The translations under genes were made by a program, and so were the position numbers. A model generated the notes under the pieces. The model made no database searches. It was not told where the DNA came from and saw nothing but the letters and a program-made list of their open reading frames with translations. A stretch of DNA of 64,000 nucleotides, taken from NCBI GenBank assembly GCA_046484865.1, contig JAWOID010000112.1:1-64000 (forward strand), written 5' to 3'. The stretch comes from Candidatus Krumholzibacteriia bacterium (GTDB lineage Bacteria; Krumholzibacteriota; Krumholzibacteriia; LZORAL124-64-63). Below are positions 19,831 to 29,915 of this stretch, piece after piece (the first letter of the stretch is position 1; every line of letters begins with the position of its first letter).

Positions 19831-21072
19831 TTGAACACCCTACAGATTCTGCGCCAGACACTCACGGTCATCCTGGCTGGCGGACAGGGAGAGCGGCTCT
19901 ATCCGCTGACCCGGGACCGGTCGAAGCCGGCGGTGCCGTTCGGCAGTGTTTATCGCATCATCGATTTCACGCTGTCGAACTGCATCAACAGCGGTCTGCG
20001 GCGCATCTACGTGTTCACGCAGTACAAGAGCTACTCCCTGGACAAGCACCTGCAGCGGGGCTGGAACGTCTTCAGTTACGAGGCGGGCGAGTTCCTCTAC
20101 CGGATTCCGCCGCAGCATCGCGTGGGCACCAAGTGGTATGAGGGGACCGCCGACGCCGTCTATCACAACGTTTACCTGCTGGAGCAGCACCGGCCGCGCT
20201 ACGTGCTGGTCCTGTCGGGCGACCACGTCTACAAGATGGACTACGGCCGGCTGCTGGAGTTCCACCGGGCCAGCGGTGCGCCGGCCACTCTGGCCGCCGC
20301 GGTGGTGCCCCGGGAGGGCGCGCAGCACTTCGGCATCGTGGCGGTGGACCGCGACAGCCGCGTCATCGGCTTCCAGGAGAAGCCGGACGATCCGCCGACC
20401 CTGCCCGACGATCCGGAGCACTGCCTGGTCAACATGGGCGTGTACGTCTTCGACACCGAGGCGCTGGTGCGCGAGGTGAGTCACGACGCCCGCGATCCGG
20501 AGTCCAGCCACGACTTCGGCCGCGACCTCATCCCGCGCCTCGTGGAGCAAAAGGCCGTGTACGCCTACCCGTTCCGCGATCCTCGCAACGGCATGACCGC
20601 CTACTGGCGAGATATCGGGACCCTCGACAGCTACTACGACGCCTCGATGGATCTGGTGGCGCGGCAGCCGCAGCTCGATCTCTACGACCAGCACTGGGCG
20701 TTCCGCGCCTGGCAGCCCCCCGTCCCGCCCGCCAAGTCGGCCCACGGCTTCGTCGAGGACGGGCAACTCCCCGGCACGATGGAGAACAGCATCGTGGGCG
20801 GCGGCAGCGTGATCTCGGGCGGCCGCGTGGAGCGCTCGATCCTGGGCCGCGGCGTGCGCGTCAACTCGTACAGCAAGGTGCGCGACAGCATCATCATGGA
20901 CGGCGTGCAGGTGGGGCGCTACGCGGAACTCGACCACGTCATCTGCGACAAGGAGGTGATCATCCCGGAAGGCATGAAGATCGGGGGCGATACCGAGCGC
21001 GATCGGCGCCTGTTCCGGGTCACCGACCGCGGGATCGTCGTCATTCCGAAAGGGATGGACCTGCGCGAGTGA
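19831..21072 (+). CDS. glgC: Glucose-1-phosphate adenylyltransferase
   Basis: LAGGQGERLYPLT, KPAVPFG, WYEGTADAV, SGDHVYKMDY, FQEKP, DFGRD, YWRDIGT. Confidence 0.97.
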   Translation: MNTLQILRQTLTVILAGGQGERLYPLTRDRSKPAVPFGSVYRIIDFTLSNCINSGLRRIYVFTQYKSYSLDKHLQRGWNVFSYEAGEFLYRIPPQHRVGTKWYEGTADAVYHNVYLLEQHRPRYVLVLSGDHVYKMDYGRLLEFHRASGAPATLAAAVVPREGAQHFGIVAVDRDSRVIGFQEKPDDPPTLPDDPEHCLVNMGVYVFDTEALVREVSHDARDPESSHDFGRDLIPRLVEQKAVYAYPFRDPRNGMTAYWRDIGTLDSYYDASMDLVARQPQLDLYDQHWAFRAWQPPVPPAKSAHGFVEDGQLPGTMENSIVGGGSVISGGRVERSILGRGVRVNSYSKVRDSIIMDGVQVGRYAELDHVICDKEVIIPEGMKIGGDTERDRRLFRVTDRGIVVIPKGMDLRE

Positions 21073-21091
21073 GCGACCTATCTTTCCCCCC

Positions 21092-21544
21092 ATGAGCGAC
21101 AAGAAGAAGAGCGCCGGCAAGAAGGGGCAAGGCAGGCCCGAAACCGATGCCGAAGCCGCCCGCGGAGATGCCGAGGCGCCGCCGCTGAGCGAGCTCGAGG
21201 TCGAGTTGAGCCTGATCTGCCTGAGGTACTTCCGCGGGGACTGGGACATGTACCTGGACTACCTGCAGGGTTCCCGGGTGACCGACGGCCAGCGCCGGCG
21301 CGAGATCCCGCTGGTGGAGCAGCTTCGCGACCGCGACCGCCGGACCGAGTACCTCACGTACTTCCTGGAGGACGAGGTGGTCTCCGTCCTGCAGCAGCTC
21401 GAATTCCAGGAACTCCTGCACCTCTGGGAGGAATCCATCCTCCTGCACCCGGACTCGGACCCGTTCCCCGACGACGCGAACAGCGACGACGAGGAATCGG
21501 CGCGCGGCGAGTCCGCCCGGGACCTCCCTCCGACCATGCACTAG
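21092..21544 (+). CDS. Hypothetical protein
   Basis: Typical codon bias and a globular-looking core; fills the gap after glgC; no family recognised. Confidence 0.7.
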   Translation: MSDKKKSAGKKGQGRPETDAEAARGDAEAPPLSELEVELSLICLRYFRGDWDMYLDYLQGSRVTDGQRRREIPLVEQLRDRDRRTEYLTYFLEDEVVSVLQQLEFQELLHLWEESILLHPDSDPFPDDANSDDEESARGESARDLPPTMH

Positions 21545-21648
21545 CTCCTCGCCCCACGCACTCGCTCCTGGCCGGAAGACGCGGCGGCCGGGCGGCCGGG
21601 GCCGGCGATCGGCGGCCGGGCGTCCGGCGATGCAGGCGAGCACTCCGG

Positions 21649-22839
21649 TTACTCCGGCAGCGCCGCGCTGAAGAGACCGATGGAGCTGGTGAATCCGTGC
21701 AGGTACGTGGTGCTGCCCACGGGTCCGATCTCGCCGTTGCAGAAGAACCCGCCCAGCGGAATGCGACCGAGCTTGGCCCGGACCAGGCGCAGGTCGTGGT
21801 CGGGCTCGCCGTAGAGATGACGGCCGCGGCCGAGGCACGAGAAGAGCAGCGCGCCGCGCGGCGGACCCGGGCGCGGCAGCTGCACGTAACGGTCGAGCAG
21901 CAGCTCGAGATCCTGCCGCGAGCTGCCGGCGTCGCGCACGTGGAGTTGCACCGTCTGGCCCTCGCGCAGCTCGTCGCCCACGAGGATCGCGCCGGTGCCC
22001 GGGTCGATCCCCGCCAGGTTGCGGATCAGGAAGTCGCCCCGGTGCGGATCGCCGCTGAGCGGATCCATGTGCACGCCCAGATGCAGGCTGTTGCGGGCGA
22101 GGCGGCGCTCGTCGGTGTCCAGCTCGCTGAGCACCTCGTGCACTGCTTCGAGCGCCGAGCGATCGTTCAGCCCCAGCAGGATGTGTCCCTGGCTGCGGGT
22201 CACCTGCAGGATGGGGCCGATCGGCCGGCAGCCCTGGGCCACGATGGCGTCCAGCCGCAAGGCGCCGCTCAGGCCCAGCCCCACCAGGCCGTCGCGGAAC
22301 ACCTCCCCCTCGAGGATCAGGACGTTGCCGCCGGGCTGGCGCGCGCCGCTGGCCAGGCCGCCCAGCTTCACTCCTCCGGCGTAGGCGAAGTCGAGGCCGG
22401 CGAGCAGGTGCGGCTCGGGGAACGTGTGCGGATCGGCCAGCATGAGCAGGTGAGGCACCGGCTCGGCCGGCACGCCGATGGCGGTGCTCCAGGCGCGGGG
22501 GCTGGCGTCGGCGTCGGGCAACTCGTCGCCGGTCACCCGGAACGGCGTCACCTCGACGCCTGGCAGCCGGGCCGCGGCGATCGTCAGCGCCGGGCCCTGC
22601 TCCACCTCCCGGCCGCCTCCGATCACGCCGCCGCCGCAGCAGCCGAGCAGGCGCCGGGCCGGCAGGGTCTGCAGCAGCGCCTGGGCGATCTCGTCGGCGT
22701 AGGGCACGAACTCGCGCGTGAAGAAGACCACCGCGAGGTCCGGATCCTCCCACTGGAGGTCACGGGCGCACGCCATGGCGGCTTCCCGCGCGGCCACCAG
22801 CGGCTCCTTCTGCAGCGACAGGCTCGATGTCCAGCGCAT
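21649..22839 (-). CDS. FIST N/C domain protein
   Basis: LGCCGGGVIG, GGLASG, VAQGCRPIG, FLIRNL, LLFSCLGRG, GFFCNGEIGP. Confidence 0.92.
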   Translation of the reverse strand: MRWTSSLSLQKEPLVAAREAAMACARDLQWEDPDLAVVFFTREFVPYADEIAQALLQTLPARRLLGCCGGGVIGGGREVEQGPALTIAAARLPGVEVTPFRVTGDELPDADASPRAWSTAIGVPAEPVPHLLMLADPHTFPEPHLLAGLDFAYAGGVKLGGLASGARQPGGNVLILEGEVFRDGLVGLGLSGALRLDAIVAQGCRPIGPILQVTRSQGHILLGLNDRSALEAVHEVLSELDTDERRLARNSLHLGVHMDPLSGDPHRGDFLIRNLAGIDPGTGAILVGDELREGQTVQLHVRDAGSSRQDLELLLDRYVQLPRPGPPRGALLFSCLGRGRHLYGEPDHDLRLVRAKLGRIPLGGFFCNGEIGPVGSTTYLHGFTSSIGLFSAALPE

Positions 22840-22979
22840 GACACTCGTCTCCCTCGACTGGTCGGCCGCACCGCTGGCGGCCGGGCGAAGGGGGCTCGCG
22901 CAATCATGATAACGAGGAGCGGGGTATTGCACCCGCCCGGTCCGGGCGGGCGTTGCGCCGGGCCGGCGGCGGGGGAAGG

Positions 22980-24608
22980 TCAGTCGTGCCGCTCGAACTG
23001 CTGCTCCGCCCGGGCCAGCCACGCGCGCACTCGCTGCACGGCCGCGTCCGGGGGCAGTCCGGCCGCCAGGCTGTCCGCCTCGGCCAGCCGTCGCACCAGC
23101 GATCGTCGCGCCGTGGCTCCGGCCGCCGGTCCCGCACCGAGCGCGGTCAGGTCCTCCCGCAAGCTGGCGGTCAGGTAGGCCAGTCGCAGCCGCTGCGAGG
23201 CCCGCGGCATCGCGACCACGAGATCGGCCGTGGTCATCGCCGCGCCCCGCGGGCCGGGCGGCACCGTCACCGCCACCAGGCGCACGGGCGGCGACCTCTC
23301 CGCGGCGCCGGTGGTCGCGGTCTCGACGGCGGTCCGCGCCGCCGGGGTCAGCCGCACCTCGTAGAGTCCCACGTAGGCGGGGGTGACGGCACCGCCGACC
23401 GGAGCGAGCGTCTCGCCGAAGTCATCGTGGGTGCGCTGCGTGCCGTCCAGCCGGCGCCACTCCGCGACGCCCTCGAGGAAGTCCACCATCACCCCGTGGT
23501 GCGCGTCATCGTGGACCTGGACGCCCAGCCGGACGACGGCACGGTCGCCCGCATCGCCCAGCAGGGCGCCCTCGGCGTGGAAGACAGGCTGCGCGCCCGC
23601 CAGAGCCGCGGGGGGGAAGCCCGGATCCACCGCGGCCAGCGGCGCGCCCGTGGTGAACGGCTCCGCGTGCAGCGCGACGGCGCGCGGCAGGCGACCGGCA
23701 GGCGGCCGATCTGCGCGATGATCGCGATGATCCGGAGCGGGAGCCCGTGGCGCCGGCGGGGAAGAGAGCCGGTGGACTCCCGTCCGGACCGAGTGCTCCC
23801 GGACCGCGGCGCCGCCGGTGGGGGGCGGATCCGCGGGTCCGGGAGACGCGTAGGGCACGCCGGCGGTGGGTCGGGCCGCCGGCGGCGGGAGAGATTCGAC
23901 CGCGTCGCCCTCGACGTCGAGCGCGCCGAGGGTGGCGATGACGATGGGCAGGAGCGCGAGATCCAGCACCGTCTTCTGTCCCGGCTGGAACTCGAGCACG
24001 GTCTCTCGCGCGGCGTAGCCCAGGTGCGACAGACGCAGGCGCTGCCCGGTCCCGACCGCCACCCGGCGCGATGCGCCGTCAGCCAGCAGGGGCGTGATGC
24101 CGGAACCGTCCGCCGCTGCCAGCAGCGCGCTGGCATGGTCCAGGCGTTCACCGGTCTCGGCGTCACGGATGCGGATCGCCAGCTCGGCGGCGGGAACGTC
24201 GACGGCCGGCCGCACGGGCGCGGGCGCGATCTCGTCCGGGCTCGCGGCGGGACCGTCCGTCACACCCTCGAAGACCACGTACAGCACCCGGCTGTTCGGC
24301 GCGCCGAGGAAGTCGCGGTCCTGGTCGAGCCGTCGCGCCGCCTGGTTCCGCTCGGCCAGATCGCGCCAGGCCGGTCGGTCGGTGAGGAATGTACGCAGGG
24401 TGCCGCCCACGAGCAGCAGCGCGGCGGTCAGCGCCACCCCGGTGGCGATGAACGGCCGCATCTCCTCCAGCCAGCGCCCCATGGCGCCGCCGTCGCCGCC
24501 CTCCGGCGGCAGGTGTCCGTGGCGCAGGGGGTCCGAGACCGTCTGCCACATCCGCTCGCGCTCGGCGGAGTCCAGCTCGTAGGTGTGCCGATCCAGAAAT
24601 CGCTTCAT
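22980..24608 (-). CDS. Membrane-anchored putative anti-sigma partner: carboxypeptidase-regulatory-like domain plus degenerate YfbK/DUF3520-like region
   Basis: ATG overlaps the sigma stop (ATGA); one TM helix; IRDAETGERL...SHLGY; GRLPRA...VRLGVQ...VDF..VAEWRRL...DDF...GLYEVRL. Confidence 0.55.
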   Translation of the reverse strand: MKRFLDRHTYELDSAERERMWQTVSDPLRHGHLPPEGGDGGAMGRWLEEMRPFIATGVALTAALLLVGGTLRTFLTDRPAWRDLAERNQAARRLDQDRDFLGAPNSRVLYVVFEGVTDGPAASPDEIAPAPVRPAVDVPAAELAIRIRDAETGERLDHASALLAAADGSGITPLLADGASRRVAVGTGQRLRLSHLGYAARETVLEFQPGQKTVLDLALLPIVIATLGALDVEGDAVESLPPPAARPTAGVPYASPGPADPPPTGGAAVREHSVRTGVHRLSSPPAPRAPAPDHRDHRADRPPAGRLPRAVALHAEPFTTGAPLAAVDPGFPPAALAGAQPVFHAEGALLGDAGDRAVVRLGVQVHDDAHHGVMVDFLEGVAEWRRLDGTQRTHDDFGETLAPVGGAVTPAYVGLYEVRLTPAARTAVETATTGAAERSPPVRLVAVTVPPGPRGAAMTTADLVVAMPRASQRLRLAYLTASLREDLTALGAGPAAGATARRSLVRRLAEADSLAAGLPPDAAVQRVRAWLARAEQQFERHD

Positions 24609-25198
24609 ACCTGCTGACCTCCCATGCCCTCTTCGAGCGAGGGCTGGGCGGCCGGGTCCAGGGCCTTGCGCATCCGTTCGCGTGCGCGGAGGTAGTGGAC
24701 CCGCGCCGTGGTCTCGTTGCACCCGATCTCCCGCGCCACCTCGCGGAACGACAGATCCTCCAGGTCTCGCAGGAGGAGGCTGGCCCGCTGTCGGCTGGAG
24801 AGCTGGCCCAGGGCGCGCTGGAAGGCTGCCATGCCCACCTCGAGTCGCGCATCGCTGGTGGGCTGTGCCGTCGCCCCGCGCAGGTCCCGGGACAGCTCCC
24901 GTAGCCGATTCATTCGCCGCGCCACCTGTCGCTTCCAGTCGAGGCTCTTGCGCAGCGCGATACTCCGGAGCCACGAGATGAGGGCTCCATCGCCGCGGTA
25001 GAGCCGGAGGTTGCTCCAGGCGACCAGGTAGGTCTCCTGGAGCAGGTCGCGTGCCTCCTCACGGCTGCCGACCTGGTAGCAGAGGAAATTGAAGAGCGGC
25101 TGACTGGTTTCCTCGTAGATCGTGCGCCAGGCGCTCTCCTCCCCGGAGGCGGCTCTCACCGCCAGGTCCCGGTCGCGCCGGACGTCCTCCGGGGTCAT
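24605..25198 (-). CDS. ECF RNA polymerase sigma-70 factor
   Basis: ARDLLQETYL, SWLRSIA, LSSRQRASLLLRDLEDLSFREVA...ARERMR. Confidence 0.92.
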   Translation of the reverse strand: MTPEDVRRDRDLAVRAASGEESAWRTIYEETSQPLFNFLCYQVGSREEARDLLQETYLVAWSNLRLYRGDGALISWLRSIALRKSLDWKRQVARRMNRLRELSRDLRGATAQPTSDARLEVGMAAFQRALGQLSSRQRASLLLRDLEDLSFREVAREIGCNETTARVHYLRARERMRKALDPAAQPSLEEGMGGQQV

Positions 25199-25399
25199 CG
25201 AGTTCGCCCCTCCCCTGGGTTTCACGGAACCAGACGCTGCCGGCGCCGGCCCCGTTTACCGCCCTGACGAGAAATCTGCGGGCCGGGCCGCCTGGGGCCC
25301 CGGCGGGCCGGTCCGGCGCTCCGCGCCGCCGCCCCGGCCAGTATCGCACATCCCGCACGTTCCTGCCGGTCCGCCGCCGGCGAGGGAGCTCGCGTCCGG

Positions 25400-26191
25400 T
25401 CAGGCGAGATAGAATTCCGGCCGTCGATCGTCCCACAGATGGTTGCGCGGCGTGACGTCCTTGCCCGTGGCGGCGGTATCGATGTCCGCCGCCGCCGCGC
25501 CCTCCTCCTCGTCGCCGCAGGCGGCCAGCCGCTCCGCGTCGGGCGAGATCACCTGGCTGCGCCCGATGAAGCGCAGCGGGGTGCCCGTGCGGTTCTCGTG
25601 TCCCACGCGGTTCGCGGTGATCGCGAACACGCGATTCTCGACGCACCTCACCGGCATCGACTGGGGGCAGTGCGGCAGGACCAGATTGGAGGGATGGCAG
25701 AGCACGGTGGCGCCCCGCCGCGCGAGGGTGCGGGCCGCCTCGGGAAAGATCCAGTCGAAGCAGATCATCACGCCCACCGTGGTCCCGCAGGCGGCGAACA
25801 CCGGCAGGCCCCGGTCGCCGGGATCGAAGACGGTCTTCTCGTCCCAGAACAGGTGCAGCTTCCGGTACAGTTCCCAGGAGCCGTCGGGGCGGGCCAGCAA
25901 CGCGCTGTTGTAGACCCGGTCCCCCGATCGCTCCGCGAGCCCGGCCACCATGGTGGTCTTCCGCTCGGCGGCGAAGGCGCGCAGGGCCTCGCTCACGGGC
26001 CCCCGGCGGGGGTCCTCCGCCAGTTCCATGGCCTCGGACCGGTCGCGGAACTGGTACCCGGTGGCGAAGAGCTCGGGCAGGACGGCCAGGTCGCAGGGGG
26101 CCGGCACCAGGGCGAGCGCCTGCTCGAGGTTGGCTGCGATCTGCCCGAAGACGGGGGACGTCTGGACGGCGGCGACGCGCAGGATGGGCAT
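25400..26191 (-). CDS. Nitrilase/carbon-nitrogen hydrolase
   Basis: E-K-C triad: LPELF, YRKLHLF, ICFDWIFPE; ANRVG. Confidence 0.93.
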   Translation of the reverse strand: MPILRVAAVQTSPVFGQIAANLEQALALVPAPCDLAVLPELFATGYQFRDRSEAMELAEDPRRGPVSEALRAFAAERKTTMVAGLAERSGDRVYNSALLARPDGSWELYRKLHLFWDEKTVFDPGDRGLPVFAACGTTVGVMICFDWIFPEAARTLARRGATVLCHPSNLVLPHCPQSMPVRCVENRVFAITANRVGHENRTGTPLRFIGRSQVISPDAERLAACGDEEEGAAAADIDTAATGKDVTPRNHLWDDRRPEFYLA

Positions 26192-26396
26192 GACGGTCCT
26201 TTCCCGGGGCGAATCGAGACTCGTTATCGAATCGGGCCTGCACCGGATTCCCGCCCGGGGGCGGGAATCCAATTGCTTCGCCCGGTGGCAGGTATTATTA
26301 ATCCGACAACATGAGGACGGGAAGCGGGTGATTGCCGGAGCCGCCGGGATCATCCCATTTTTTCGTCCCTACCACACTCCTGTGCGGAGGTGTCTC

Positions 26397-28124
26397 GTGG
26401 CTACCCAGGACTTGGTCGTCCGGATCGGTGGCGAAGGCGGCGAAGGTGTCATCTCGTGCGGTGAAATCCTCTCCAAGGCGGTGGCGCGCGGCGGACTGAA
26501 CATCCACGCGTTCCGCACCTTCCCGGCGGAGATCCGCGGGGGACTGGCGGTCTTCCAGTTGAGGGCCAGCGGCGGCCCGACCCGCTCCCTGAAGCAGACC
26601 TTCGACATCCTGCTCGCGTTCAACCAGGACGCCTACGAAGCGTACGTCGCCCAGATCAAGCCGGACGGGGTCCTCCTGTACGATCCGAAGCTCTGCACGC
26701 CGGACGATCGTCTGGGGGGCAAGCAGAAGCTGGAGCTGCCCCTCGACGAGATCTCGCGGGAGACGACCGAGGCCGCCAGGGCCAAGAACATGGTGGCCGT
26801 CGGGGCCTGCCTGCGCCTGTTCGACACGCCGGTGGACTACGCCAAGAAGCTCATCGCCGAGTACTTCGGGCGCAAGGGCGACGAGGTCGTCCTCACGAAC
26901 CAGCGGGCGGTGGAGGCCGGCTACCTGTACGCCGAGGAGAAGCTGCGGCCGCTGCACCGCACCTTCGAGCGCCAGCCCGAGCGCGAGCACATCCTGGTGA
27001 CGGGCAACGAGGCGGTGGCCCTGGGCGGCATCGCCGCCGGGGTGCAGTTCGTGCCCGGCTACCCCATCACCCCCGCCACTCCGGTGTTCGAGTTCCTCTG
27101 CAAGGAACTGCCCAAGTTCGGCGGCACCGCCGTGCAGTTCGAGGACGAGATCGCCAGCCTGGCGGCGGGGATCGGCGCCTCCTTCGCCGGCAAGCGGGTG
27201 ATGACCGCCACCAGCGGGCCCGGCCTGTCGCTGATGAGCGAGACCCTGAACCTGGCCTCCATGGCCGAGTGTCCGCTGGTCATCGTCAACGTGATGCGCG
27301 GCGGCCCCTCCACGGGCCTGCCCACCAAGACGGAGCAGTCGGATCTCAAGTTCGCGATCTACGGCACCAGTGGCGAGTCGCCCCGGTGCATCATGGCGCC
27401 CCTGGACATCTACGACTGCTTCTGGCAGATGATCCGGGCCTTCAACATCGCCGAGCGCTACCAGATGCCGGTGATCGTGCTCACCGACCAGGCCCTGGCC
27501 TACACCAGCATGAACATCCCCATGCCGGACCTGTCCGCGGTGGAGCGGGTGACCCGGGACGTGCCGCCGGTGGACACGCCGCGCGAGGGCTTCAAGCGGT
27601 ACCTCGACACCCGTTCCGGGGTGAGCCCCATGCCGATCCCGGGTGTCCACGAGCTGATGTACATGGGCACCGGTCTGGAGCACGACGAGCGTGGCGCCCC
27701 CAACTACGCGCCGCAGAACCACGAGATGATGACGGCGAAGCGCTTCCGCAAGCTCGAGACCCTGGGCCGGCACATCGTGCAGGCGCCCAACGAGGAGATC
27801 GAGCCGGAGGGCGCCGAGGTCGGCGTCATCGGCTGGGGATCCACGTACGGGGCGATCACCGAGGCCATCGAGCAGATCCAGGAGGAGGAGGGCGTGACCA
27901 TCGCGCACCTCCATCCCCGGGTGCTCTCGCCGCTGAACGAGTGGCGGATCCGCCAGTTCCTGGGTCCCCTGAAGAAGCTCATCGTGCCGGAAGAGAACTA
28001 CACCGGCCAGTACGCCCACTTCCTCAAGGGCAAGTTCGGCATCAAGCCCATCGAGGTGCACAAGTGCACCGGCATGCCGTTCTCGTCCGAGGAACTCGTG
28101 CGGGCGTTCAAGGAGGAGCTATGA
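26397..28124 (+). CDS. korA: 2-oxoacid:ferredoxin oxidoreductase alpha(+gamma) subunit
   Basis: GGEGGEGV, AEIRGG, GYPITPAT, EDEIAS, TSGPGLSL, RGGPSTGLPTKTEQSD. Substrate specificity not established. Confidence 0.93.
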   Translation: MATQDLVVRIGGEGGEGVISCGEILSKAVARGGLNIHAFRTFPAEIRGGLAVFQLRASGGPTRSLKQTFDILLAFNQDAYEAYVAQIKPDGVLLYDPKLCTPDDRLGGKQKLELPLDEISRETTEAARAKNMVAVGACLRLFDTPVDYAKKLIAEYFGRKGDEVVLTNQRAVEAGYLYAEEKLRPLHRTFERQPEREHILVTGNEAVALGGIAAGVQFVPGYPITPATPVFEFLCKELPKFGGTAVQFEDEIASLAAGIGASFAGKRVMTATSGPGLSLMSETLNLASMAECPLVIVNVMRGGPSTGLPTKTEQSDLKFAIYGTSGESPRCIMAPLDIYDCFWQMIRAFNIAERYQMPVIVLTDQALAYTSMNIPMPDLSAVERVTRDVPPVDTPREGFKRYLDTRSGVSPMPIPGVHELMYMGTGLEHDERGAPNYAPQNHEMMTAKRFRKLETLGRHIVQAPNEEIEPEGAEVGVIGWGSTYGAITEAIEQIQEEEGVTIAHLHPRVLSPLNEWRIRQFLGPLKKLIVPEENYTGQYAHFLKGKFGIKPIEVHKCTGMPFSSEELVRAFKEEL

Positions 28125-28972
28125 GCGAGATCACGCCCTTGAAGGTCGCCGACTACAAGTCCGACCTCAAGCCGATCTGGTGCGCGGGCTGCGGCGATTA
28201 CGGCGCCATCAACCCGTTCTACCAGGCGCTGGTGGAGAACCAGCTCGAGCCCAAGAGCACGGTGATCGTCTCGGGCATCGGTTGCTCGGGCCGCTTTCCG
28301 TACTTCTGCGACACCTATGGCTTCCACGGTGTGCACGGCCGCGCCCTGCCCACGGCGGCGGGCATGAAGCTGGCCAATCCCGAGCTGAACATCTTCGCGG
28401 TGGGCGGCGACGGCGATGGCCTCGGCATCGGCGGCGGACACATTCCCCACGTGGCGCGCAAGAACGTGGACATGGTCTACATCCTGCTCGACAACAGCAT
28501 CTACGGCCTGACCAAGGGGCAGTCGTCGCCCACGTCGCCCCTGGACATGACCAGCAAGACGGCCCCCTATGCGTACCTGGAGGAGCCGCTGAACCCTCTG
28601 GCCATGTTCCTGGCGTACGGCGCGTCGTACGTGGCGCGCGGCTATGCGGGCCGGCCCAAGGAGCTGAAGCCCATGTTCAGCGAGGCCATCAAGCACAAGG
28701 GCTTCGCCGTGGTGCACATCTTCTCGCCATGCGTGTCCATGAACAAGCAGATCACGTTCAAGACCATGAACGAGATCGTGAAGCCGCTGCCGGAGGACTG
28801 GGACACGGGCAACCGGCTGGCCTGCTTCGAGAAGGCCCTGGACACGAGCACGTTCTGGACGGGGATCTTCTACCGTGACCGCAAGCCCACCATGGGCGAG
28901 CGCCTGGCCGAGTTGCCGGAGCGCTCCGGCAGGTACGAGGATCTGCAGCAGCTGCTGAAGACGTTCACGTGA
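28121..28972 (+). CDS. korB: 2-oxoacid:ferredoxin oxidoreductase beta subunit
   Basis: WCAGCGD, SGIGCS, HGRALP, GDGD...N, YGLTKGQSSPT; ATGA overlap with alpha. Confidence 0.93.
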   Translation: MSEITPLKVADYKSDLKPIWCAGCGDYGAINPFYQALVENQLEPKSTVIVSGIGCSGRFPYFCDTYGFHGVHGRALPTAAGMKLANPELNIFAVGGDGDGLGIGGGHIPHVARKNVDMVYILLDNSIYGLTKGQSSPTSPLDMTSKTAPYAYLEEPLNPLAMFLAYGASYVARGYAGRPKELKPMFSEAIKHKGFAVVHIFSPCVSMNKQITFKTMNEIVKPLPEDWDTGNRLACFEKALDTSTFWTGIFYRDRKPTMGERLAELPERSGRYEDLQQLLKTFT

Positions 28973-29069
28973 CCCGAACGCCCGCGGACTCGCCGCGCCG
29001 GCCCACCGCCGGCGCGGCGGATCCGCTCCGTCGCCCTGCTGGCGCCGCCGTTGGCGCCGCGAGCGAGTC

Positions 29070-29915
29070 GTGACCATGATCAGCCTACCCGTCGTTTCCC
29101 GTCCGAACCCCGTGCCCCGGCCTGGACTGCGCGCACGCGCTGCGGCGTGCGCACGCCTGGGGGTCGCCGCAGGCGTGCTCGCGCTCGTGCTCGCCGGCTG
29201 CGCCCGGCGGGTGGATACCCCGTCCGGCCGGCCGCCCGTGGGGGAACCGAGCGGAGCGGAGGCGCGCGTGCTGGTGCACACGGTGGCTCCGGGCGAGACG
29301 CTCGCCGTGATCGCGGACAACTACTTCGGCGATCCGGCCCGGGCAGCGGACATCGCCCGTCAGAACGGCCTCGACGATCCCGATCGGCTGGCGGCCGGCT
29401 CCACGCTGATGCTGCGGTTCGACCGCGACGAATGGCGCCAGGCGCAGCAGCGTTCCCAGGCGCTCGAGCCGTACAACCGTGGCGTGGAGGCGCTGGAGCA
29501 GGAGCAGCTCGCTGCGGCCGAGAGCCAGTTCCGCCTGGCCCTGCGGGCCGCTCCCGAGCTGTTCAGCGCCCGCTACAACCTGGCCCTGGTGCTCGGACGT
29601 CGCGGCCGTCACCAGGAAGCGGAGGAGATCCTGACCGAACTGCGGGTGCAGCGGCCCGAGGACGCCGACGTCGCCTTCGCGCTGGGGCACGTGCTCTTCC
29701 AGCAGACGCGGTTCCTCGAGGCGGCCGCGGCCTTCCGCGACGTCCTCGAGCGACGGCCGGCGGACCGTCGCGCCCTCTTCGGCCTTGCTCGCAGCCTGCA
29801 GGAGAGCGGAGATGCGCAGGCCGCCGCCGCGGCCTGGCGGACGTACCTGGAACTGGACAGCACGTCGAGCTGGGCGGACCAGGCGCGCCGCTACCTGCGC
29901 GAGCTGCCGCAGTGA
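29070..29915 (+). CDS. LysM + TPR lipoprotein
   Basis: Lipobox LAGC; LysM HTVAPGETLAVIADNYFGD...IARQNGL; TPR repeats (YNLALVL, ALFGLA). Confidence 0.85.
   Translation: MTMISLPVVSRPNPVPRPGLRARAAACARLGVAAGVLALVLAGCARRVDTPSGRPPVGEPSGAEARVLVHTVAPGETLAVIADNYFGDPARAADIARQNGLDDPDRLAAGSTLMLRFDRDEWRQAQQRSQALEPYNRGVEALEQEQLAAAESQFRLALRAAPELFSARYNLALVLGRRGRHQEAEEILTELRVQRPEDADVAFALGHVLFQQTRFLEAAAAFRDVLERRPADRRALFGLARSLQESGDAQAAAAAWRTYLELDSTSSWADQARRYLRELPQ

Noticed and set aside
23489..24166. Possible frameshift in the YfbK-like gene (alternate frame reading IIAIIAQIGRLP)
   Set aside because: The main frame is uninterrupted and already carries the GRLP-like motif, so no shift is needed.
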